Assembly (NCBI RefSeq): GCF_009914755.1
Contig: NC_060935.1
Origin: the human T2T-CHM13v2.0 reference genome, Homo sapiens
DNA length: 64,000 nt
Direction: 5' to 3' (one strand)
Part shown: piece after piece, positions 53,918 to 64,000 of the stretch
Position numbering within the stretch: the first letter of the stretch is position 1
Layout of the letters: every line of letters begins with the position of its first letter
Made by a program: the position numbers and the translations under genes
Notes under the pieces: model-generated
Told to the model about the DNA's origin: nothing
The model's input: only the letters and a program-made list of their open reading frames with translations
Databases searched by the model: none

Positions 53918-56709
53918 CTAGAGATCAAAACACGAAAGATTCTGATAAGAATTTCCAATTCTATGAAAGCCTTCCAATGATCACAATTGAAAGAGCAGAA
54001 AAACTACATGTCAGATTTGAAGTTTAGCTAAAAGAGCTTAACTGAATAGCAGTGATCCTTTATTTCTACTCTGGCTTTCAGAGGTCTCTCCTAATGTACC
54101 AAACACCTGCTTTTATTCCAGAAGATAAAATAAGGTTTACAGCTAGTTAACCTTTATGGTCCATGGTTATTATATAAAAACTGATTTTTATCAGTTCAAC
54201 ACAATTTGAACCTTGAAAAGATTTGCAACAGCAATTAGTTACTCTGAATCAATATTTACAGAACTGTGCTAAGCATTAGTATCATTTCAGAATAAAGAAA
54301 AGATATGGTATTTCTGGTTCCAATCAATGGAGCAGAGTGCAGCAAATAAGCATTTTCAATGAGAACAACTATGAATGTTGGGCAAAACATATAAAACAGC
54401 TTGTCTGAAGGCAACAGAAAGCAACCAATACAGATGGGACATCCAGGGCTACAAGCTTTGAGATAAGGAAAGCCCAATCAAGCAATTTCCACATTTAATC
54501 CTTCTTTCTGTATAAGATAACTTTTCAAATCAATCATGGGAAATAGAGCCCAAGATAATAACTGTAATCTTAGTGGGATGAGAAGGCAGAGGTTGGAGGC
54601 TGGGATTACCAAAGTAGGGAGGAATTCAGGATGCAAAATGCCCCCAAAAAAGACCTAAAGAGAAAGAGCCCAGAAATCTACAGCAAAATTCACCTCAAAT
54701 TATTAACTGAGTCCTAAGCTTACAAATATGTAGGACAGGATGCCAAGAAACCCAAAACAAACCAAGTAAAGAGGCAAGTAGACATTTTGGCAGCCCATCA
54801 ATGGTGAGGAGATGGGCTGGCAAGCAAGCACTGCCAAGATGGAGGAGCACTGAAAAACCCCTGAGCTCTTATGTGTGACTCTAAAAAAGCCATGCCTTAA
54901 GAGTATGGACAAAATAGCAATAGAAAAATTCTAACAAAGCCCCAAACCAAGCCTTGACAGAATCAGAAGTACGAGAAGAAAAATTAACTGTCTTTGGAGG
55001 AAAAAACATTCTCCAGACTCTCTGCAAATCTTTCGTTCACATTATCTAGTATCCAGTAAATATTATGAGGCATGCTTAAAAAAACAAGAACTAGTGAAAA
55101 TTGAGAAAAAAAATAGTCAAACCAGAAAGACTCACATTTCATTCAGATCTTAGCATTATCAGAAAGAGACTTTAAAATGGCATTTGTGATTTTCTGCCTA
55201 TGATGCAGAAAGCTGTAAAGAGCATCACCCCTAGCCTAGTAATAATAAAAAAAAAAATAGATAATCTGAAAATCTTAACTTTTCTAGGACACAACAGAAA
55301 ACTGAGGTCTCAGGGCAACCAACTAGTTTAAACACTATGGAAACACAAGCCTCTCTGAGATTAGATGGATGACAAGCAGTTACTTTTCTGAACACAGTAT
55401 GGGGAGAAGAGGAATACATAAGAAGAATTTAGTTAAATTTTTATCAAATTGCTAAAAACATTTATGATTTATATGTTCAATTGAATGAAAGTAAAAAATA
55501 AGAGAGAAATGATGAATTTCAACAGAGAATTGGAAGCCATAAAATCAAATGTTCATTTTAAAACTGAAAAATACAGTATCTGAAATTAAGAACTAACCAG
55601 ATACATTTAGTAGAACAATAAACATAGCTAAAGAGAGGGTTAGTGAACTAGAAGATAGTTTAGTAGAAAATATCCACATTGAAGAACACAGAGAAAAAAA
55701 GGAACAGAAAATACACAAAATAGTATAAAGGATGAGAGACTTGGTTTAAAAAAAAAGATCTCAAATATGTCTAAATTGATGACAGAGATAAGGGAGATAA
55801 TTTTTTAAAACAAGAGAATGTGACAAAAGCAATATTTGAAAACAAATGCTAAAAGTTTTCAAAACTGATGAAATCATCAAACTAAAGATTCAAAGAAATT
55901 CTATAAACCTCAAGCAGAATTTTTAAAAATTAAAACCATAGGTAAATTACAGTCAAACTGCTAAAAACCAAACACAAAGAGAAATCCTTAAAAGCAGCCA
56001 GAGAATTTTTTAAAGTTGACTTCCAATAAGCAATAATTACAATGGGAGAAGACATTTCAATGGAAAAGAGAAAATAATGAAATTAACCTTCAGTGTGCTA
56101 AAAGGAAAAAATATTTCCAACCTAGAATCTTCTGCCTCACCAAAGTAACCATTTTGAAAGCAGGTAAAACAAATTATTTACAAATGAAAGCTGAAAAAAA
56201 CTACCACCAAGAGACTGCAATAAAAGAAATAGTAAAGAGAATTCCTAATTGAAGAAAACTGATTCCAAAACTACAAAAACACATGAAAAGAATAAAGCAC
56301 AAAAGTGGGGAAATATAAGTAAATACTGTATAAACATAAAAATAACGTCTTATGAAGTTAACAATATATACACATTAAAAACACAAAGGATAAGAAATGT
56401 ACATTCAGTCAAACAGTTTAGGATTTCTCTATTGGTTGAGAAGTGAGAAAAGCTCTATTTTATGGAATACTGTATGTAAGTCAAATATATGTTGCAGTCT
56501 CTATAGTGAACACTAGAAGAACGAGAAATAAATGTATAACTAAAAAGCTGATAGAGGAAAAGATTTTTGAAAAATAAAACATACATATTAATCTAAGAGA
56601 AGGCAGGAAATAAAGAATAAGAGAAGAAATAATAAAACAAGGCAAATAAAAACAAATATTAAAATGGTAAACTTAAATTCAAGCACATTAATAATTTGGA
56701 AAGCAAACA

Positions 56710-57385
56710 GACTAGCTGGGAAAGATACGGAGAAATCACACCCCTCATTCATTATTAGAAGGAATGTAAAATGGCACAGCCACTGTGGAAAAGACTGGCA
56801 GTTTCTCAAAATGTTAAAACAGAGAATTACCAAATGACCAAGCAATTCTATCCTGGTATTTAATCAAGAGAAATAAAAACACGTCTACCAAGAACTTGTA
56901 CATGAATATTCATAGCAATATTATTCATAATAGCCAAAAAGTAGGGACAATCAAAATGCCCAGCAACTGAAGGATAAATAAGCAAAATGCACTAGGTACA
57001 CATAATAAAATATTATTCAGTCATTAAAAAAGAATGAAGTGCTGATTCATGCTACCACAGGGATAAACATTGAAAACATTATGCTAAATAAAATAAGTCA
57101 GAGGCAAAAGACCACAAATCATATAATTCTCTATATATGAAATTTTCAGAATAGTCAAGCCCATAGAGACAAAAATTATATTAGTTGTTTCCAGAGGCTG
57201 AGGAGATGGAAACATGGAGAGTTCTACTAATAGGTGAGGGATTTCAGGTGAGGGATTTCTTTCTCAAATGTTCTAGAATTAGATAACAGTGGTTTTCGTA
57301 TAACTTCATGAATATATTAAAAACCACTGAATTGTACACTTTAAAAGTGAATCACATGGCATGTGAATTCTTTTAGTTAAAAAAA
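56710..57385 (+). mobile_element. L1MB-like 3' end
   Basis: tgctgattcatgctaccacagggataaac..., aaaaccactgaattgtacactttaaaa. Confidence 0.75.
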
Positions 57386-57452
57386 GTAAATGGACTTAAA
57401 GATCCCTATTAAAATACAAAGACTATAAGCAGGGATTTAAAAACCAACAACT

Positions 57453-57745
57453 GCTGGGTGCAGTGGCTCACACCTATAATCCTAGCACTTCAAGAGGCCA
57501 AGGTGGGCATATTACTTGTGCCCAGAAGTTCAAGACCAGACTGGGCAAGACAGTTGGACCCCATCTGTAAAAAAAAATACAAAAATTAGCCAGGTGAAAT
57601 GGTATACACCTGTGGTCCCAGCTTCTCCACAGGCTGAGGTGAGAAGATCACCTGAGCCCAGGATGTCGAGGCTGCAGTGAGCCATGTTCACACCACTGTA
57701 CTCCAGCCTGGGTGACAGAAAAGCAACTTGTCTCAAAATAAAAAG
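57453..57745 (+). mobile_element. AluJ
   Basis: Diverged dimer with cctgagcccagga.gtcgaggctgcag. Confidence 0.88.
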
Positions 57746-58838
57746 CAATAACTATATCCTAAGAGACATACTTTAAATATAACAACACCAAAAGGTAGAA
57801 AATGGAAGGATTACAAAAACTGATACCATGTAAACACTAGCCAAAGAAGGCTAGCGTAGCTATATTACATCAGGCAAAGTAGACCTTAAGCACAAGGTAT
57901 TACTAGAAATAAAGGGAGACGTTTCATAAAAGCATCAAATTAACAGGTTAACACAATTTATATGCAATAAGTTGTAAACAAAATTTGTATGCAAAAAATA
58001 ACAGCTTCAAAATACATAAAGTTGAAAGAACTAAAAAACAGATAAATCCACTATCACCGTTGTAGATTTTAGCAAATCCCTCTCAATGGCTGATAGAATA
58101 AGCAGACAAAACTGTAAGTATATGACTTGAACAATTCAATTTTCCAATGTGAACTAACACAGAACACTAAACCCAACAACTACAAAACTCATTTTTTCTT
58201 TCACATTCTTTTCAAGCATATATGAAACATTTACAAATAGACTAAATGCTAGAAGACAAAGTCTCAACAAATTAAAAAAATTTAAATCATGAATCACGTT
58301 TTATAACCACCGCAGAACTGCACTAAAAAGCAATGACTGAAAGATAACTAGAAATTCCTCTAAATGTTTGGAAATAAAGAAACACAATACTCAATAACTC
58401 ATAAATCAAACATAAAAATCACAATGGAAATTAGAAAGTCTTTTTATGTGAATGATAATGAAAATACAATAGATGAAAATGTGTGGGATACAACTAAAGA
58501 GGTATTTAGCAAAATTCATAGCTCTAAATGCATGTTACTGGAAATTAGACAAGTTGAAAAATTACTACTTCTAAGCTTCTATCACAAGAAGCTAGAAAAA
58601 GAATAGTAAATTAATTCAAGGAAAGTATTTAAAAATGTTTAAATAACAAATCAATAAAATAGAAAGTAAATGCATAAAAAAGAAAACAAAGCCAAAGGTT
58701 GATTCTTTAAAAGATTAATAAAATGAACAATCCCTAGAATAAGTCTGACCAATAAAAAAATGGAGAATCTACAATATAGATAATAAAAAGGGAGCCATAA
58801 ACAGAAAGCCTGTGAACATTAAAAAGATTCTAAGGCTG

Positions 58839-59142
58839 GGCTGGGCATGGTGGCTCAAGGCTGTAATCCCAGCACTTTGGGAGGCTGAGGCGGGTGGATC
58901 ACGAGGTCAGGAGATCAAGACCATCCTGCCTAATACGGTGAAACCCCGTCTCTACTAAAACTACAAAAAATTAGCTGGGCGTGGTGGCGGGCGCCTATAG
59001 TCCCAGCTACTCAGGAGGCTGAGGCAGGAGAATGGCGTGAACCCGGGAGGTGAAGCTTTGCAGTGAGCTGAGATCGCACCACTGCACTCCAGCCTGGGCC
59101 ACAGAGTGAGACTCTGTCTCAAAAAAAAAAAAAAAAAAAAAA
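58839..59142 (+). mobile_element. AluY
   Basis: Y diagnostics and A22 tail. TSD-like aaaaagatt(c/g)t(a/g)aggc. Confidence 0.92.
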
Positions 59143-59677
59143 GATTGTGAGGCCATTATGAACATTTTCACTGCAATGCAGTTGAGAATTTAGTTGAAAT
59201 GAACAAATCCTCTGAGGAACCCAATTCACCAAACCTGAAACAATAAACAAAAAGATTTGTACAGTCCTACAGCTATTAAACAAAATTAATCTGTAAGGAA
59301 ACTCCAAGCCCAAATGAATCCATTGAACTCTTTTAAACATACAAGCCAAAGATAATAAAAATTGTATAAACATTCTTCCAAAGTATAAAAATAAAAGGAA
59401 CACTTCCCAATCCATCCAATAAGGCCAAGCCAGAGTTTAGAGCAAAAGCTAGACATTACTAGAAGAGAAAATTATAGGTTGATATAATGAACACAGTTAT
59501 AAAACTCCTAAACAAAATATAAAATCAAACCCAGTAATATACAAAAACCCAGTAATATACAAAAAGGATAGTGACCGAATGAGTTTTAATTCAAAATGCA
59601 AATTGATTAAACGTTCTAAAATCAAGCCCTATAATTGATCACACTACACTATTAAAGGGAAATATATATATATAATT

Positions 59678-62600
59678 TCTTTCTTTTTAATTTCTTCAAA
59701 AAAAAAAAAAAACGGGATACATATGCAGAATGCGCAGGTTTGTTACATAGGTATACATGTGCCATGGTGGTTTGTGGCATCTATTGACTCGTCCTCTACT
59801 TTCCGTCCCCTCCCCTCACCCTCCACCCCACAACTGGCCCCGATCTGTGTTGTTCCCCTCTCTGTGTCCACCTGTTCTCAGTGTTCAACTCCCAATTATG
59901 GATGACAACATGCAGTGTTTGGTTTTCTGTTCCTGTGTTAGCTTGCTGAGGATGATGGCTTCCAGCTCTGTCCATGTCCCTGAAAAGGACATGATCTCAT
60001 TCCTTTTTATGGCTTCATAGTATTCCATGGTGCATATGTACCACATTTTCTTTATCCAGTCTGTCACTGATGGCCATTTGGGTTGGTTCCATGTCTCTGC
60101 TGTTGTAAACAGTGCTGCAATAAACATATGTGTGCAAGTGCCTTTATAGTAGAATGATTTATATTCCTTTGGGTAATGGAATTGCTAGGTCAAATGGTAT
60201 TTCTGGTTCCAGATCGTTGAGGAATTGCCATAGTGTCTTCCACAAGGGTTGAACTAATTTACATTCCCACCAACAGTGTAAAAGTGTTTGTATTTCTCCA
60301 CAGCCTCGCCAGCATCTATTGTTTCCTGACTTTTTAATAATCGCCATCCTGACTGGCGTGAGATGGTGTCTCACTGTGGTTTTGATTTGCATTTCTCTGA
60401 TGATCAGTTATGTTGAGCTTCTTTTCATGTTTGTTGGCCACAGAAATGTCTTCCTTTGAGAGGTGTCTGTTCATATCCTTTGCCAACTTTTTGATGGGGT
60501 TATTTATCTTTATCTTGTAAATATGTTCGAAGTTCCTTGTAAATGCTGGATATTAGACCTTTGTCAGAAGGGTAGATTGCAAAAATTTTCTCCCATTCTA
60601 CAGGTTGCCTGTTCACTCTGATGATAAGTTTCTTTGGCTGTGGAGATGGTATTTTGTTTAATTAGATCCCATTTGTCAATTTTGGCTCTTATTGCAATTG
60701 CTTTTGGCATTTTTGTTATGAAGACTTTGCCCATGCCTATGTCCTGAATGGTAATGCCTAGGTTTTCTTCTAGGGTTTTTATGGTTTGGGGTTTTACATT
60801 TAAGTCTTTAATCCATCCTGAGTTAATTTTTGTATAAGGTGAAAGGAAGGGGTCCAGGTTCAGTTTTCTGTATATGGCTAGCCAGTTTTCCCAGCACCAT
60901 TTACTGAATAGGAGATCTCTTTCCCATTGTTTGTTTTTGTCAGGTTTGTCAAAGATCAGAGGGTTGTAGATGTGTGGTGTTATTTCCGAGGTCTCTGTTC
61001 TGCTCCATTGGTCTATATGTCTGTTTTGGTACCAGTACCCTGCTGTTTTGGTTACGGTAGCGTTGTAGTATAGTTTGAAGTCAGGTAGCGTGATGCCTCC
61101 AGCTTTGTTCTTTTTGCTTAGGATTGTCTTGGCTATATGGGGTCTTCTTTGATTTCATATGAAATTCAAAATAGTTTTTTCTAATTCTGTAAGAATGTCA
61201 ATGGTAGCTTGATGGGAATAGCACTGAATCTATAAATTACTTCAGGCAGTATGGCCATTTTCACAATACTGATTCTTCCCAACCATGAAGAAGGAATGTT
61301 TTTCTATTTGTTTGTGTCATCTCTTATTTCCTTGAGCAGTGGTTTGTAGTTCTCCTTGAAGAGGCCCTTCACATCCCCTGTTAACAGTATTCCTAGGTAT
61401 TTTATTCTCTTTGTAGCAATTATGAATGTGAGTTCATTCATGATTTGGCTCTCTGCTTGCCTATTGTTGACAAAAAGGAATGCTTGGGATTTTTACACAT
61501 TGATTTTGTATCCTGAGACTGCTGAAGCTGCTTATCAGTTCAAGGAGTTTTTGGGCTGAGATGACTGGGTTTTCTAAATATAAAATCATGTCATCTGCAA
61601 ACAGAGACAACTTGACTTCCTCTCTTCCTACCTGAATAACCTTTATTTCTTTCTCTTGCCTGACTTCCCTGGCCAGAACTTCCAATACTATGTTGAATAG
61701 GAGTGGTGAGAGAGGGCACCCTTGTCTTGTACTGGTTTTCAAAGTGAATGTTTCCATCTTTTCTCCATTCAATATGATATTGGCTGTGGGTTTGTTATAA
61801 ATAGCTCTTATTGTTTTGAAATATGTTCCATCAATATCTAGCTTATTGAGAGTTTTTAACGTGAAGGGATGTTGAATTTTATCAAAGGCCTTTTCTGCAT
61901 CTGTTGAGATAATCATGTGGTTTTGTCTTTGGTTCTGAAGTCTACAGAACTCTCTACCCCAAATCAACAGAATATACATTCTTCTCAGTGCCACATGGCA
62001 CTTATTCTAAAAACGAACACATAATTGGAAGTAAAACACTCCTCAACAAATGCAAAAGAACTAACTTCACAACAAACAATCTCTCAGACCACAGTGCAAT
62101 CACATTAGAACTCAAGATTAAGAAACTCACTCAAAAGCACACAATTTCATGGAAATTGAACAACCTGCTCCTGAATGACTCCTGGGGAAATAAAGAAATT
62201 AAGGCAGAAATCAGGAAGTTCTTTGAAACAAATGAGAACAAATAGAGACAACATACTAGAATCTCTGGGACACAGCTAAAGCAGTGTTAAGAGGGAAATG
62301 TATAGCACTAAATGCCCACATCAGAAAGCAAGAAAGATCTCAAATGGACACCCGAACATCACAATTAAAAGAGCTAAAGGCAAGAGCAAACTAATCCAAA
62401 AGCTAGCAAAGCACAAGAAATAACTAAGATCAGAGAAGAAATGAAGGAGATAGAGACATGAAAAACCCTCCAAAAAGAAAAAAAAAAAAATCAACAAATC
62501 CAGGGGCTGTTTTTTTGAAAAAACAAACAAACAAACAAACAAACAAAAAACCACTAGCTAGACTAACAAAGAAGAGAGAGAAGAATCAAACAGACACAAT

Positions 62601-63184
62601 AAAAAATGTTTAGGGACACCACTGACCCCACAGAAATACAAACTACCATCAGAGAATACTATAAACATCTCTACACAAATAAACTAGAAAATCTAGAAGA
62701 AACGGATAAATTCCTGGATGCATGCACCCTACCAAGACTAAATTAGGAAGAAGCTGAATCCCTGAATAGACCAATAACAAGTTCTGAAATTGAGGCAGTA
62801 ATTAATAGACCAACCAAAAAAAAAAAAAAGAAAAGCCCAGGACCAGACGGATTCACAGCCAAATTTTACCAGAGGTACAAAGAGGAGCTGGTACCATTCC
62901 TTCTGAAACCACTCCAAACAATTAAAAAGGAGGGACTCCTCCCTAACTCATTTTATGAAGCCAGCATCATCCTGATACCAAAACCAGAAAGAAACACAAC
63001 CAAAAAAGAAAACTTCAGGCCAATACCTCTGATGAACATCGATGCAAAAATCCTCAATAAAATACTGGAAAATTGAATCCAGCAGCACATCAAAGAGCTT
63101 ATCCACCACGATCAAGTCGGCTTCATTCCTGGGATGCAAGTCTGGTTCAACATATGCAAATCAATAAATGTAATCCATCACATA
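59678..63184 (-). mobile_element. 5'-truncated, 5'-inverted (twin-primed) L1PA, L1PA8A-like
   Basis: 3' half on the minus strand 59678-61937 and an inverted ORF2 segment on the plus strand 61938-63184. The two pieces abut in L1 coordinates (ccatcacata|aa|cagaaccaaagac). Confidence 0.9.
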
Positions 63185-63418
63185 TGATTTCAATAGGTGA
63201 AATTTAATACCTATTCATAAATTCTTTAAAATATTTTAATGAAAATTATTGAAAAACACAAATACAGCTAAGCATCACACTTAACATTGAAATACTAAAT
63301 GATTTCCCACTGAGATCATGAACAAATCAAGAATGTTGTCTTCTATTCAACACTGTACTTGAGGTCTTATTCACTTGGGGAAAAAAAGCAAGAAAAAATG
63401 TAAAAATTGGAAAAGAAA

Positions 63419-64000
63419 GAGGAGCCAAGATGGCCAAATAGGAACAGCTCCGGTCCACAGCTCCCAGCGTGAGCGACGCAGAAGACGGGTGATTTCTGCA
63501 TTTCCATCTGAGGTACCAGGTTCATCTCACTAGGGAGTGCCAGACAGTGGGCACAGGACAGTGGGTGCGCGCACCGTGCACAAGCCAAAGCAGGGCGAGG
63601 CATTGCCTCACTCGGGAAGCGCAGAGGGTCAGGGAGTTCCCTTTCCTAGTCAAAGAAAGGGGTGACAGACGGCACCTGGAAAATCGGTTCACTCCCACCC
63701 AAATACTGCGCTTTTCCGACGGGCCTAAAAAATGGCGCACCAGGACATTATATCCCGCACATGGCTCGGAGGGTCCTACGCCCACGGAGTCTCGCTGATT
63801 GCTAGCACAGCAGTCTGAGATCAAACTGCTAGGCGGCAGCAAGGCTCGGGGAGGGGCGCCCACCATTGCCCAGGCTTGCTTAGGTAAACAAAGCAGCCAG
63901 AAAGCTCGAACTGGGTAGAGCCCACCACAGCTCAAGGAGGCCTGCCTGCCTCTGTAGGCTCCACCTCTGGGGGCAGGGCACAGACAAATAAAAAGACAGC
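63419..64000 (+). mobile_element. Young L1 (L1PA2/L1PA3-like) 5' UTR, running off the window
   Basis: gaggagccaagatggcc...cagcgtgagcgacgcagaagacggg; many CpGs retained. Confidence 0.95.
63419..64000. promoter_or_regulatory. L1 bidirectional promoter: sense promoter with YY1 site, and antisense promoter facing ARHGAP32 sense
   Basis: YY1 core aagatggcc at 63427-63435, SOX-type aacaaag at 63887-63893, RUNX motif accaca at 63924-63929. Activity is inferred from L1 family knowledge. Confidence 0.65.
63522..63866 (-). CDS. L1 ORF0 (antisense ORF), open for 114 codons
   Basis: ATG in gcaATGg context; MVGAPPRALLPPSSLISDCCASNQRDSVGVGPSEP... matches ORF0p. Translation is unproven. Confidence 0.7.
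   Translation of the reverse strand: MVGAPPRALLPPSSLISDCCASNQRDSVGVGPSEPCAGYNVLVRHFLGPSEKRSIWVGVNRFSRCRLSPLSLTRKGNSLTLCASRVRQCLALLWLVHGARTHCPVPTVWHSLVR

Larger units (their letters stand above)
54310..59670 (+). mobile_element. Old L1M (5' UTR, ORF1, 5' half of ORF2) hosting younger insertions; resumes at 63185-63418
   Basis: Decayed ORF1/ORF2 motifs, including ORF 58364..58606 (ENVWDTTK). Confidence 0.7.

Noticed and set aside
53918-53958. N-terminal extension MEILIRIFRVLIS in ORF 53758..53958
   Set aside because: It starts at TTG, not ATG, and is simply the intronic acceptor region read in frame.
57231-59563. Isolated short tandem duplications (aggtgagggatttc twice; aaacccagtaatatacaa twice)
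   Set aside because: Ordinary slippage-type indels inside old repeats.

Overview
Hominid (human or great-ape) genomic DNA, AT-rich and dominated by repeats. The window lies inside the 5' part of ARHGAP32 (PX-RICS/RICS) on the minus strand. Four coding exons are readable with canonical AG/GT boundaries and consistent phases: 53917-53809, 13772-13681, a 42-nt frame-preserving cassette at 12806-12765, and 12407-12323. Together they encode (R)KMKSSVHSEEDD...EETLSAM / ARGADVPE...KHVK(K) / STTPGLMGCDNIH(R) / LPFTKGHF...EFGSIQ. The rest is intron: two decayed full-length L1s, a twin-primed inverted L1, the CpG-rich 5' UTR of a young L1PA, an SVA, Alus, MaLR/ERV LTRs, DNA-transposon relics, L2 and MIR. 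Nearly all ORF-track entries are repeat-derived or chance ORFs. Three observations stand out. (1) The young L1 at the right edge has an antisense promoter facing the gene's sense direction and an open ORF0. Its intact second splice donor is exactly in phase with the next ARHGAP32 exon, which predicts an ORF0-ARHGAP32 fusion protein. (2) There is a series of locally templated insertions and micro-rearrangements, from about 13 bp to about 580 bp, direct and inverted. (3) Several retrotransposition or deletion events are atypical: a spacer-less inverted Alu pair, an L1 3' transduction, twin priming at a near-homologous site of a host L1, and a 3'-truncated SVA. Repeat subfamily names come from recalled consensus similarity, not from a RepeatMasker run, and boundaries of old repeats are approximate.
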